A stretch of DNA of 64,000 nucleotides, from assembly GCA_028534125.1 (NCBI GenBank), contig CM052818.1, forward strand, positions 34,164,001 to 34,228,000, written 5' to 3'. This document shows, piece by piece, positions 12,471-26,239 of the stretch (position 1 is the stretch's first letter; each line of letters opens with the position of its first letter). The translations under genes and the position numbers were made by a program. The stretch comes from Lama glama. Its lineage: Eukaryota. The notes beneath the pieces were generated by a model that was not told the DNA's origin, ran no database searches, and was given only the letters and a program-made list of their open reading frames with translations.

Positions 12471-14442
12471 GCTCCAGAAATCACATGTGAAAACTTCCCG
12501 TTTACCAGCTCAGAGGCAGCACAGCTCCTGTCACTGTTAGTCAGTGGCCCGACCAGCATTAAGCCAAGTCACGGGAAAGCATGGTTTTTTTACACTGCAG
12601 TTTTCCCTCACCTCCAAAGGCTTCAGTCTTCTTTCTGGTTGGATTCCAGAATATTGTGATGGGGTAAAGCAATTTGAGGAACAAACATAAAGAAATATGC
12701 TGACTTCTTATATGGATGCTGACAAAAAAAATTCAATGAAGGGTCAGCTATTAATGACCACTTAGCTAATTGGTTTCTTCTGCCAACATTTAAAAAGCAG
12801 CTGAAAGTATGCGGTGTTCTTTCTTGATGATCATGTGATCACAAACTGAAAGAAAAAAAAAAGAGCTGAAGACTGAGACAGATATTACCTCACACTCTCA
12901 CTAAATGCTGAGATGGTGAAATGTCCCTGTATTAAAAATGGTCCAGGAGGAGCCTCCCATTCCACTGAGTAAGGATGCTGGTCCCATGAAAGACACCAGT
13001 GCCACGTTACTGTGGCTGCTTCGACTAGTGGGCCAGGACACACTGTGTAACGATGGCCCTGGCAGTTAGACTTTGGCTTCCAGCAGGCCTGCCTGCCTAG
13101 GAGGTGAGTGTAGTGTTGTCTACAGAGAGGTGGCCCTAGGATGACGGATTCTTTTTTGTCCTCTACCTTGAGCCTTATGCTCTAAACTAGAGCATGTATC
13201 CAATAAACTGCTTCTTTTCAAAGTGAAATTCATTAACTGGAGTCTCAGGCCTTTGTGTTGTGAAGAGATGAGCTGAAGCTGAATTAAACCACTAATTATT
13301 TGGCAAGGTTCCAAAGCATTCACCATAACTTCTCATCGTGTTTCACATGCATGCAGGACACCTTTGTCTAATGCCTTGTCCTAGAAATGAGTTTGAGTGG
13401 TTAGGAACACAAACATTTCTGTCCTAAGAGACTCTTCTCTGATCCCTTTACTGGTTGTCAAATCCTCTTTTAAGATTCTCCAACTTTATATTCAACCATG
13501 AAAAACTTTTTCAAAATAGGCATGAGTGTTTTCTAGCAGATAATTTTAGTGTTGAGAATTAATTCTCTTCCCCCATTCTAACTCTACTTCTTTGAAGTCA
13601 GCATGCCTTTCATCTGTAAATATGAAAATAAACATTAATAATTAATGATTTCGCATCCTTTCCAAGTAGGAAGTTTTATTCACTTCTGAGGAAGAAACAA
13701 TTATTTCCCAGAGTCAGAGAGACAGGCAGGAGCAGAATGGGAACTCTGCTTTTGATGGTCTTGATGTGGATTCAAACTGCCTCAAGTAATCCCATCTGCC
13801 TTCAAGAGTGACTATTCCTGGATGGCTCTCTCGAGTTCTGACCTCTAGATGGATATATGTTTCAAATGGTGGTTCTTCAGCTTCTCACTCTGCCTTCTGA
13901 CCAACGACCCCCATAAACTACTTCCATCTTTTACGATGGGAGCCATAAGATCCCCCACATGCCCTGTACATTGACCTCCCCAAGCCATTACAATGAACTT
14001 GCCCATTGCCTCTAATCGCAGTACCACGTATACTTCCTGTGATGCACCCTTTGGCTCACCTCCAGGAGGCTGTGTCTCCACAGGGCAATAGCTTTGTGAC
14101 TGATGGTTGTGTGAAATGCCCTTATGGACCCATTCAGCTAGTCTGCTTGATAAGCACCAAAGGTGAGTACTGATAAGATGCTCCCCCACCACACATCATC
14201 ACCTCAAAAGCTTAAAGGGAGAACTTCACCTCGCCTAGCTCACATTCATGCCCCACCTTTTTTTTTTTTTTAATCATTGTCTGCCTAGAAGAACCTGTGT
14301 GGGTAATGCACCCCTCATTTACTACTTCTGCAAAAGAAATGTTTCTTTTGATATGGCCTTTCTCACTTCAGGGAGTAGCATCTAATCTGAATACCCAGGG
14401 ACGTGGTAAATTCCTATCCACACCCTTTAGGGTTATACAGAC

Positions 14443-15265
14443 TGTGGTAGCACCCCCACCCCAATGTCCTTGTCCTAATCCCTGGAACCTGTGAACGTGA
14501 CCTTAAATGGCAAAGGGGGCTTTGCAGATGTAATTAAGGATTTTGTGATGGGAAGATTAGTCTGGATTATCCAGGTGGGCCTAAAATAATCACAAGGGTC
14601 TTTAGAAGACATGGTGATGGCAGGGCCACAAGTCAAGGAAAGCAGGCAGCCTCTAGAAGCTGGAAAAGACAAGGAGAGGATTTTCTCCTAGAGCCTCCAG
14701 AAGTAACACAGCCTTGTCAATACCTTAATTTTGGCCCACTATATTAGTTTCCCATGGCTGCTGTAGCAAATTATCACAAACTGGATAGCTAACAACAGAA
14801 GTTTATTCTCTCACTGTTCCGGAGGCCAGAAGTCCAAAATCAAGGTGTCAGCAGGGCTGCAATCCCTCTGAAGGTTCTAGGGGGAATCTGCTCTTTGCCT
14901 TTTCTAGTTCTCATGGCTGCAGGCATTCTTTGGCTTGTGACCACATCGCTCCAATCACTGCCTCTGCGGTCACACTGTCTCCTCCTCTCAAAACTCCCTC
15001 ACCTCCCATTTATAAGGATACAAGTGATTGCATTTAGGGCCCACCCCCAAAATCCAGAGTAAGTACCTCCTTTTGGGATTCCTAATCACCCCTTTGATCA
15101 TATAAAATAATATACACAGGTTCTGAGGGTCAGGAATTTTGGGGAGCCACCATTCAGCCCACTACACCCACTTCAGACCCCCAGAACTGTAAGATGATGG
15201 ATTTATGTTATTCTAAGCAATTAAGTTCATAGTAGTTTGTTACAGCACAGGAGGACACTAATACG
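14443..15265 (+). mobile_element. MLT1D-like MaLR solo LTR, split by a nested LTR
   Basis: tgtggtag...cctaatccctggaacctgtgaa...ctaatacg, flanked by the 5-bp TSD CAGAC (14438-14442 and 15266-15270). Confidence 0.85.
14740..15166 (-). mobile_element. MLT1C-like MaLR solo LTR nested in antisense orientation
   Basis: tatattagtttcccatggctgctgtagcaaattatcacaaact...cattcagcccactaca, flanked by the 5-bp TSD CCCAC (14735-14739 and 15167-15171). Confidence 0.85.
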
Positions 15266-18200
15266 CAGACTGACCTATCTCCCTCTCACTTGGACTCTAA
15301 GCTGAAGAGTCCCTCTTTGTTCCTCCACCCTGTGGAGGCTGCTGTGGGTTACACTGGTTGTTCTGTGACCTTGGCACTGGTCTAGGCCAGACCTGAGGTG
15401 GTGGAGTGGGCCTGTTGAGCCTACTTCTGCCATGTTACTTCTATGAGGATGGCTTCACCCACTCAGATCCACGCTGTCAGGACATGGAGAAACGAGGTGC
15501 ACAGAAGAGAACCTAGAAACATCTCATGAGCTGGGAGGATGGCCCAGGTGGGTTTCTGACGGACTTTGAGGAATAGCCAACATTCTTCCCCAAGGGGAAA
15601 AAGGGTTTTAATAGCACATATCTTAACCTCTCTCAGGGCCAAAGCATCTCTATCTAGATGGTACTGAGCAGCTGATAACCAGGCTGGGGAAGGAAGAATT
15701 CAGGACCCAGGGATGTCCCTTCTACTCCTTTCCAAGTGGCTTAGGCAGTTCAGCCAGTGAATCTTGGGCATTTAGACACCTGTTGGTAAGTCTAGCTAAG
15801 GTGGAGTTTTATCCTGATTTTAAACAAGCCATTGGCCCTATGTTCCACCTTCTCAACTAGCACAGTGAAAGCGTCTCCTGGGGATGAATTCAAAACAAAG
15901 TTCCCTGACATGTTATTTCAGTGTCTTGGAAATAGTATTACTGGGGACAAAACCAGTAGCCCAGGGCCAACCTGTTGTCACAGGCTTCTCAGTTACTTCT
16001 CTTTGCTCACCTTCTGTCCTCAACAACCCACGTGCGGTACCTGAGAGGGCTTCCTAAAGAAGCCAATGTCTCTTTGGAGACATTGTTAGAAGGGATGGTC
16101 AATTCCAGAAAACCAAGCTGAAAGCAATGTATAAATTAAGATGTTTTAGCTAACAGCTCTGGGAGCTCTAAAACAACTAGTTATTATTCCCTCATCCATC
16201 CCTCCCAAAGAGGTCATCTGCTCCAGGCAGGAAGCAACATAATTTCCACGGAACAGCTAGATGCTGCCGGAACCATCTGAATTCAAATGATGAGCTCTGA
16301 GGATAAAGTGGCAAATCAGACCTTCTTAAATACTTGTGACAGAACCTGTGTTATTACTGGGTTGCCAGCGCCCTCAAGAGGGCCTCAGAGGCACAAGCCC
16401 TCTTGAGCTATGACTTTTAGCACATGCCAGGCCAGCTCTGGGCTGCAGCAGTGCCTGGCTGGGTCTCGCCACTGGAGCCTTCCAGGCCGTGGGAAGTCCT
16501 CTGGGCTACAATCAGAGGCTGGTTACCTCTGGGAGGGCACATGGTGTTCACTCTGCCTCTTGGCAGACTGGCTCGGTCCGGAAAGATATCTCAAGAAGCA
16601 GAGCAGTTTTCCGGAAGCGTTGGTGGGCAGGGTGGGGGGTGCTACAGGGGAAAAAGGAGTTCTGGGGTCTTCCCTGGGGACCTGGTGGGCTCCTAGGCCA
16701 AGGTCTAGTCACCCATACCCAGGAGAGTGGGAAGCGGGTCCTGGGGCGAGGTTATGCTAGGCGAGCCGACTTTGCCATTGTGTAAGCACAGGTTATGTGG
16801 TGGGTACCGTCTCTGAATGTCCTGTTTTCTCAATACAGAAGTTACCTATGCCCAAGTGAGGCTTTCCTGGGGGATGGGGTAGTGGTAGCAGTAGCCTCTT
16901 CTTCCCAGCTCCTTCTCAGGGGAGCTGGCTTGGCCGTCTTGGTTTCTGGTGCCACTCCCAAGGTGGTGACTGAGGGATCAAAGAACTGCTCTTTCTGGTA
17001 CTCTCGTCCAGGAGGGACGAATATGAGGGCTTCCTCGTCTACTACCACAGTCACCCTCTACTCACTCCTAGGAACAGCCTCCTATAAGTAAGGCCTGACA
17101 GCAACAAAGTTCCCCTCAGAAATCCATTCGCTCAGCTAACATGTGTTGAGCCTCAACAGTCTCTAGGTCTTATACGGAGGAGTTGGTCAGTCTTGATCCT
17201 CGGCTCATGGAGCTTGTTATCTAGTGAATGGATAAGCACCAATAAAATCATACAAACAACTATGTAATTATATTCACATTAAGTGCTGCAGAAGAAACAT
17301 ACAGGACTAGAGTGTTTTGAAAGCAATGGCTTTCAACCTCTTCGTAAATGATATATTTTACTTTACAATCCAATATATATACAAACACACACACAGACAT
17401 AGACAATAAAACAAAAGTTCATTAAATAACTCTTAGTCTCACTATGAGTGATGCACTTTGATATTTTCTGGTCTTTTCATTTAGAAAATGCTGGTTACAA
17501 CCCAATAAATTGATCCCATAACCAAATTGATGTGGTCCCCAACCTGGAGTGGAGCTCGGGTGGAGGTCACAGAACTCTTTCCGGAAGGAATGACATTCAG
17601 GCCAAGACATGAGAGTTAGCCTCAAAAGGCGAGGAAAGAATGTTTCAGGCAGAGGGAACAGCATATGCAAAGATCCCTCAATTTACAGATAAAGGAAGAG
17701 ATGTGTTTTGTTCAAGGTCACAATAACTCCAAACCCATGTCTCCTAACTCCAAGTTCAAGGTTCTTAGGTGTACTGCAGCCTATCAGTTGTACTCTTCTC
17801 TTCTTTTTACTAATTATGAGCCAAGGGCTAATTATTCAGACCTAGGCTGACAAGAGAAAAGAGAAAAGAACAAGGCAGGAGGCCATGTTGACAAAGAGCC
17901 CATTTAATCCTGCAAGCAAAACAAAGCACCTTAGCTTCTACCCTACCTGGCTTGAGGCCCGCACTGCAAGCTGTTTGTTCCTTCCTGGGAGGGACTGGCT
18001 GGGAGCCATACCCCTGCTTAGTCCCGGCTTTAGTGCAACACCATTTTACAAAATGTCTGGGCAACATTTAGACTCAGCTGAAGGCCCTGGAAATAATGCT
18101 GAGCACTGGTCCTGGCTTCTCCACATCCCTGTGTTGATGATACCTGATTTTCCACGTGTTTATACCTTGCTCTGTTTCTTGCTCGGCCTCAGTGACTCCT

Positions 18201-18398
18201 GTGCACGGTTAGCTGTGTAAGTGGCTTCAGTTGTACAGTATGAAGGTAATGTAAATCTGGCAAGTGAAATACTGACCACAACCAAGGGTGTCAGTCAGGG
18301 TCAGGGTCAAAGTGAATGATCCAGGAGGACATGAGAAGGAGAGGGGTCAGAGGAGGCAAAGGCCTTAGGCCAAATTTCAAAACAGGCAAGAGAGAAAC

Positions 18399-18540
18399 AA
18401 GGCTGCTATATACAGTTGCACAGTTTGTACACTGCACAAAGCTTCCAGGGAAGGGATGAGTGAGGCTGAAATGGAACCTACAGTCCACCCAAAAGCTGCA
18501 TTCCTGGCAAGGGGCTATATCTGGCTGGAGGAAGAAACTT
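18399..18540. mobile_element. MER91A-like hAT-Tip100 element
   Basis: caaggctgctatatacagttgcacagtttgtacactgcacaa...ggctgaaat...cctggcaaggggct resembles MER91A. Confidence 0.65.
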
Positions 18541-19790
18541 CAAGGACAGAGGCCAGAGAGGAATGGCTCAGGAGGGGACCTGGGCAGAGAGTCAGAAACA
18601 GCCAGGCCCACAAGACATTGAAAATATGACTACCAGGCCTAGGGAAGCTTGGCCTCCTCAGGTTTTAAACACTAAAACTTGGGTGGGTAGATAAGGGAGG
18701 GTGGCTGGGTGCCACCCTGTAGTGACAAACTATGACCACAGAAGCAGTGGCTGACAAGCAGAGACACCTCACGGTTCTCACACCTCATCAGGCTGGACTC
18801 TGACCCTCCTCCATCTTCATTTCTCCTTCCTCAACCTTAGAGCAATCCAGCCACACCCTGGAGGCACAGCTCTCTCTACTCCAGAGATTTTAATTTTTAG
18901 TTTAAGCATGTTTTAAAAAAACAAACAACATCCATAAAGGTAAATAACTTAAAAAACAGCCTCTTCCAAATTTTAAAATTAAAATCTTCCTGTCAATAAC
19001 CTCCTTACTATTCATCCCTCATCTTCCAAACCTGCTTTCTGTTCTCATTGGACTGCGATTACTCTGCCCCCTCATTCCACTGACAACGAGTGCCTGTCTT
19101 AGATTTGCAGCACTTCCCTCCACCTCTGACCTTAGGGCAAGCTGCTTCACTGCCATCTCAAATTCTGCCTCCTTGGAAACCTTGCCCTGAGCGTACCAAG
19201 CCACCCCCATCCTGGTGCTCCCCCACTAACTGCTGCTTCTCCAGGCTACAGGACTTCAGAGACTTAGCCCGTTACATGGGAATTCATGGGTCTAAGTCAG
19301 CTCTCACTCCGGCACAACAAGACTTTCATTCATCTCTCAGACGCCCAAGCTCATTCCTTACAGTGGTTAATTCAGACCATCAAGACCTCACCCCCCACCT
19401 CAGCAAGTAGCCTTGGCTCTCTTTTACTAAGGAAAAGGTCTTTTCTGAGTAGGAACCCAGTCATCTCCGCTGGACTTCATCCTGCAAGTCAGGGGAGAAA
19501 GAGCCATACTATCTCCTCCTCCCAGTCTCAGAGGAAGGGCTCCCTTCCTTCCTTTGTAAAGTTACCCCTTCCCTGGTGTCCTCAAGATCATTCCTATTTG
19601 CTCTGCTTCTCTCTTGTATCTGGATCATTTCCTTCAAATAATTCCTTTTCCTTTCCACCATCAAACATGCTCAGATCCTCTTATTGTCAGAAATCATTCT
19701 AAGTCAATACCAAACTCTTACCTTGATGGTAAGCTGGTTGGATCACCATGAAAAACAATGTATAATAAGCATATTAGAAAATAACAACAG

Positions 19791-20356
19791 CATGGAAGTA
19801 ATCTAAGTGTTTAGCAATGAATGACTGGATAAAGAAAATGTGCTGTATATACATACAATGGAATATTACTGAGCCATGAAAAAGAAGGGAATCCTGCCAT
19901 TTACAACATGGATTGAACTTGAGGGCATTATGCTAAGTGAAATAAGTTGGACAGAGAAAGATAAATACCGTATTATCTTGCTTATATGTGGAATCTAAAA
20001 ACAATGAACTCATAGATACAGAGAACAGATCGGTGGTTGCCAGGAGTGGGGGCAGAGGGGAACTGGGTGAAGGTAGCCAAAAGGTACAAGCTTCCAGTTA
20101 TAACATAAATAAGTCCTGAGGAATATAATGTATAGCATGGTGACTATAGTTAATTATGCTGTATTATACATTTAAAAGTTGCTAAAAGAGCAGATCTTAA
20201 AAGTTCTCATCACAACAAAAACAATTTGTAACTATGTGTGGTGATGCATATAGACTTACTGTGGTGATCATTTTGCAGTATATACAAATGTTGAATCATG
20301 TTGTACACCTGAAACCAATATATTGTTATATGCCAATTATATCTCAATAAAAAAAC
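19791..20356 (+). mobile_element. L1 3' end (L1MA-like) with A-tail, inserted into older L1M sequence
   Basis: atggaatattactgagccatgaaaaagaaggga...cattatgctaagtgaaataag...tcaataaaaaaa. Confidence 0.85.
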
Positions 20357-20724
20357 TCAACATGGTTTGTACCCTTTGCCTCTGTAATTCTACTTTATAG
20401 CATATACCCTAAAGAAATAACCCACAAAAGAAAAAAAAGTAATTTGTACATTGATGTGCAGAGCAGAGACATTTGTACTCGCAAAATGTTGGAAATACCC
20501 CAGTTGTCCAATAATAGATAGACAGTTAAGCACATTTTGGCATAAATATAATGGAATACTACAGAAAGAATGGGATATTTGAAGTAACAAATATACAGAT
20601 TATATTGATAGAGAAATTTGTAGATGAAGCACACTTTAACACACAAAAATTACATAAACAAATACACACTAACATTTAATATACATTTGCTGATAAAGAA
20701 TCTAATTATAACAAAAAAACTTTG

Positions 20725-21830
20725 ACCCTGCTGCTTCTTCTAGTTACTACTTTTCTCCCCTTCCCTGTTGCCTTCTCTGGGGACCAACCACTGCCTCTAT
20801 TTCCTCTCTACCCAATTTCTCCCTTAACCCCACCCAACTGGGCTTCCTTTTTTGGTGTTTTACTGGACTGACACTCTTGTTCTGACTTTTTTCTGGATGA
20901 ATCCTTAAGTCCAGTTAAACCAGCAGCACTGAAGCTCTCTTCCCTTGCCACTGAAGCCTCTCAACTTTCCCGCATCGCTTCATATTTTTCCTAACTATGG
21001 ACAATTCGCCAAGCTTATCTCTTACAGCTCTGTTCTTTGTGCTCTGTACCCAAGACCTCTGTAGAGACCTCCCTTCAGGGAAGCCATCGCTCCTGTGCTG
21101 CTGACTCTCACACCCATAGCTCCATCCAGCTTCACCCTCAGCTTCTGGGCTTTTGTGATCGCTACACTTGGATGTCTCCAACTGTAACCCTTAGCTCTCC
21201 ATGTCTAAAACAAAACTGACCTCCAAACTGTCTTTTCAACTTCCTAATTTCTGGTTAATATCACCAATGTTGTGCAAACTCTCACAGCCTCAATCTGGTA
21301 AGGGTGACCTGCTCGTGATCTTGGCCGGTCATTCCTTTGCTGATGCTGCACCTTGCCTCGCGGAAAGGCCTCTCTGGTATCCTGTCTACTCGAAGCTTGC
21401 TCATCTTCAGGACACACTCAGGTTCTGCTTCCGTTGTGATGACTTTTCTGATTACTCCTGTTCACAATGATTATTCTCCTCTCAGAATCCTTTTTGAATT
21501 TAGGCTCTATAGCGCTAATGACTCACAATACACTCTTCTTTTCAGTTCTTTTGCCTGAACTCTCTTACTCATCTGTCCTCTGGTGGGCAGGACCCCACAT
21601 TACCCTGCACACCCAGCTCCAATATGCCACCCTCTCTGAAGCCTTCCCCAGCTCTTACAGGCTCAGGGTCATTCTTCCTCCTGGGTTACCAAAGTACCCC
21701 TTCCCATCACTGCTGGAGTTCCCAGCCTCTTGTGTTACAGCAACTTACATTATTTTGTGCCCAATTCTCTCACCAGAATGTTAGCTGAGTTCTTTAAGGG
21801 CAAAGACCATGTCTTATACAACAAAGTAAA
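20725..21830 (+). mobile_element. L2 LINE fragments
   Basis: Pyrimidine-rich degenerate L2 ORF2/3' sequence (cttggatgtctcc...catgtctaaaacaaaact...agggcaaagaccatgtctta). Similar L2 pieces at ~31180-31390 and ~33700-35040. Confidence 0.6.
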
Positions 21831-24301
21831 CAGATGCATCACTGACATCCAATGTTGTCATACACACTAATCATTCCACACATCCATCTTATCTTCCAAA
21901 CCAGTCTTCAATCTCTATGGACAGGGGTTGAATCTCATTTCTTTTATAATGACTATGAATATAAGATAGAAAGGACTTGGAAAGTACTTGTTGAGAGTAT
22001 ACTTAGAATAAAGCCTTGAGAAGACAATATTCAAATTTATATGAATAACCTATAAACCTGGAAACTATACTTTCTGGGGAATACAAGTCTTATCAAGTCT
22101 CAAAACACTGTACCTTGCTATTTCAGGGCCAGTATAACACATCTCTGTACTTAGCAGTGGTCCTGTCACTTAAAGGTGTTAATAGGATGCCCAAATTGGG
22201 AGCTTTCAGCTGTGAACTCTACCCATCTAAAATCAGAACAGATCAGAGCCTAAATCAGAGTCCCTGATAAGTGGCAACAATCTGCAGAGACCAGAGTAGG
22301 GGTTGAGGGCTGTCTGCCAAGAGTTTCGTATTGCAGAAAAGTCTAGCTACGCAGTACATATACCACTGAAGATAAGCCTTCAGTGAAACACTCCTCATAC
22401 GGGAAGGGATATTTAATTTCATCCAGTGGTCCAAGGCCCATCCCTTTCACATGGCACAACCCTCATTAGTTCAACTATGATCTTGCTGACTCAGAGCAGC
22501 TAAGATTTCATTTCTTACCAGTCAGGGAACACCATTTAAATTACAAGATGACCAGGACAACAACACCCTCAAGAGAAGATGAATGCTTCTCCCACAATTG
22601 CTCTTTCCAAGTGGTAGAGACTCTCCAGTGAGCCATACCCAAAGACCTGTTCACTAATCCCAGGCGGCAGGGAAGGCCTCCACCTCATCTGGGACAGGTG
22701 TTCGGGTAGTCAGTACCACCTGGAAGAAGAGGCAGATCCTGCTCAGAAAATATTTATCACAGTGCAGGCTGAGCTATGTGACAGGTCACATAGTTCCTCA
22801 ACTCTACGGCCTGGACCCCCAGTGCTCAGAGTTGGGCAGATGCCACCACTGGTATTAGGGCAGGTATCAGTCCACTGGACTGGGCCATTGAGATCACATA
22901 CAACGTGTGTGGGGATGGGGAAAATGAAGTGAGAGGACAGCTGCTGTGCTAGCCCCTCCCTTCACAGCCTGCAGCTCCAGCCCATCCCTGCAGAGGGCTT
23001 CCACCATCAGGTGGCCACCGGTGGGCACCCAACCTTCTCCACACCTGGAAGAAAAAGGGCTCCTGAGCTGATGGCTGAACAGAAAATGACCAAGGACAAA
23101 GGGAGGGAGGAGGCTGCAGCAGGTCTGGGCACAGTCTTTCAAAACAGATAGTTCAGATAGATACCACCAACACATGAGACAAAGCCTCAAATTAGGCTCT
23201 CAAGACACCAGAGAATCTGCAAAGACATGGGGAGAGTCCACCCAAAATGGAGCTCTGCAGTATATGGGGTTTTACTGAAACCTGACAAATTTAAGCAGTA
23301 AAAGCTAAGAGGCAAAGAAGACTATCTTAAGACATTTTCTTTTCATAATTTGTTTTTACATCTCATTTGAGTCAAGAGAAGTTACCTCATTTGGATGGAT
23401 GGATTTGGGAGTTTCTAGGCTATGTTTTTAAGTCACACACCCACCCAATAATACTCCATCCGTGCTCTCTCTCAAGGAAGAAATGAAGTAGTATCTAAAG
23501 AAATGTCTATGAGAAGTGGGTATCTTTCATCATGATCGTAGTGAAACAAAATAATTAAAAAATTAAATACCTTGTGATTTTCTTAGAGACTGTGCTACAA
23601 TGGAATCTATTCATCACTGGTTTAAAATTTTTGTGATAAAAGTTGTAGCTGCTTAATGCAGTAGTGTGGAAAACACTGAAAAGCACTAGAAAAAAAAAGG
23701 CAATCCCATTACTTAAAGATAATCACTTATGGTTTTTGGCATAAGTCCTTCTAGTATCTTTTCATATGTTTTAAAATAAAATTGGTATCATTCTTGTCAT
23801 ACTATTTTGCATCCTTTTTTCATTGATTGTATCAAATGTTTCTGACATCAATAAATATTCTTCTACAAGATTTTTAATGCCTGTGTAGTATTTTATCACA
23901 GTGAACCTGACCAATGCCTAACTGTTGTCACTTTTGGTTGTTTTAAACTGTTTGGTATTATTAAAAATGTTGTACTAATAAAAGTCATCATACAGGTTTT
24001 TTTTTATATACATCTCTGATTTTCTAGATATTCCTAGAACAGCAATTTCGAGTCTAAACATATGTTCTTTTTAAGGCTTTTGATAACATGTCATTAAAAT
24101 TACTGGGCAGATTTGAAGCAATGCTTCTTGCTCATTTATTTTAAACATACCTTAAAAATGGTATATAACTCCTATATATAGGAAATAGTTTCGGAGAAAA
24201 AAACCATTTTACACGGAGTCAAAACACTTTAGATAGGCCAAATCTTTATTTACTTCAGGCAAATAATGTGTCCGGAGCTCAAAACACTGATGGTATGTTA
24301 T

Positions 24302-24530
24302 GCCAGTTTAGCAAAGTTGGTAGAGCACAACGCTAGTGGGAACAAGATACTGGACTTAGGCCAGTATTGGCCAGTCAGCTCTACACAGAGGAAAAATCCT
24401 TGGCGACAGGATACCTCCCAAGCCCTGGCCAACTGTCACACAAATTTGTACCCTTGGCCAAAGGGAAGATTGGGTGATGGAATGTGGATTACTCAGCATA
24501 ACCCATCCTACTCTTGGTTAAGCAAGTCAA
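24302..24530 (+). mobile_element. MamSINE1-like ancient tRNA-derived SINE
   Basis: gccagtttagcaaagttggtagagca (tRNA A-box head)...ggccagtcagctctacacagaggaaaaa...ccctggccaactgtcacacaaat...tgtggattactcagcataacccatc follows the MamSINE1 layout as I recall it. Confidence 0.65.
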
Positions 24531-25365
24531 AGCACGTGTCCAATGATAGGTGTGTCATCTTTCTATAATAAACAGGCCATCTGGCTAGGGAACACAACTG
24601 ACCAGCTTATGAGAAAAAGTAAAGCTCAATAATACCTAATAATTTTGTCAGTTTATCAGTAATTCCTTAGAGAAGCAGTTAGTAAATCACTGTGTGAAAG
24701 ATGTACTCTATCAGCCAGATCTGATCTAAAAATGCAGCTACCATAACAGAATGCGCCAGCATTTCAGCTGGGGTTCCTTTATACTTCAAGCCCTCTTGTT
24801 GTTAAGTAAGGGGCATGGATTTTTCATAAAGGTCATCAGATCAGATGCCATTTTTATCAACAGTTGAAAATTAAATTAGCTTATTAGAATAGCAATGATT
24901 ACTTCAACTGTTTAAGAGAAGGGATTATTCCCAAGAAGGGAATGAAAAGACTAGGAAGAAGTGGTGAGGTAGGAGGTCAGGGAGTATCCTGGGCTGCCAG
25001 GGAAGCAGTCACCTTGGAGGGTCCTGTTCTCACCTACGAGCCTGGTTTGGTGCAAACTGTCTTGGCCAGTTCGAAGGAAGTAGTCTAACCCTATCTGTCC
25101 CAGGCACTGGCGGCACCAATTAAAGGCAACTGCTTCTTGTGTATCAAAATGTACTTACTGAAAAACAACCACTACCAACTCTACTGGTCTTCGTTAACTT
25201 ACAAAAGCTTACATGCTTCTTATAACAACTCACATGGAGAAGTATATAAAGGAGAAGTCCCCTTTGAGTCTCCTTTTCACTCCTTCACATTCAAATTCTA
25301 CTCCCCAGAGGTAAGAACTATTGTGTTTACCTTTCTGTCTTTAGATGCCTATATATGAGTATTTT

Positions 25366-25531
25366 TGAAATTATATTGTTTGCTTTTAAATTTTATATTA
25401 TTTAAATATACATTTTTTAAAATTTGCATTCTTGTTTTATTGAAGTATAGATAGTTTACAATGTTATATCAATTTCTGGTGTACAGCATAATGTTTCAGT
25501 CATACATATACGTACAAATATTCGTTTTCAT
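25366..25531 (-). mobile_element. Short L1 3' end with an extended AT-rich tail
   Basis: ttttattgaagtatagatagtttacaatgttatatcaatttctggtgtacagca; 16-bp TSD TATATATGAGTATTTT at 25350-25365 and 25532-25547. Confidence 0.85.
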
Positions 25532-26239
25532 TATATATGAGTATTTTATTCTCAAGTGAAATTTTTATAGAAATTTAAGTTCATTTGTATTCCACCTGAA
25601 TGGCTTGCTCTGGCTCCCTAATTACTTGGTAGTCTCTGCCTTGACCCCATCTGGAACTGTTGCCACCCCAAATGACCTCCCTTTGCCTCTCCTTACCAAT
25701 GAGGAGGTTTCCCTCCCAAGACGGATAGCTCCTCTCCCGGGCCCTCCAGGTCTCCAAGATGTAGACCTGATCCAAGCAGCCACTGATTAAAGCTGCACCT
25801 CTAATAGTTGAGGCAGTGAATGAAGGCCATTGTGAGCTTTACTCAGGAGGGAGAGCTCAGCAGCTTTTCCATTTCAAATTAAGATCACTCCCCAGACCAG
25901 CCTCCCCAACAGAGGACTAACCGCCCCCATGACACACACAAACACACCAAGTCTGTGCTCTCCTAGTCAACTGCTCCTGCCCTGCCAGCCTTTCAGATAA
26001 CCAGGTCAGCTGAATACATGCAGACAAAGGGGCAGTTCATATACTCCTATTTTGGCAGTTGAAATAACACTGCAAGTGCCAGGTCTTCACAGGATAAATC
26101 TCTCTGTGCGTGTCAAACACACTGAGAGGGCTGCTGGGAGACGGGGGTTGCTGAATTGAGGGGCCAAGACGGACTTGGGTCATCATGAAATTTTGAAAGC
26201 ATTATTTTTTATTTTATACTTTAGTAATACAGATTAATG

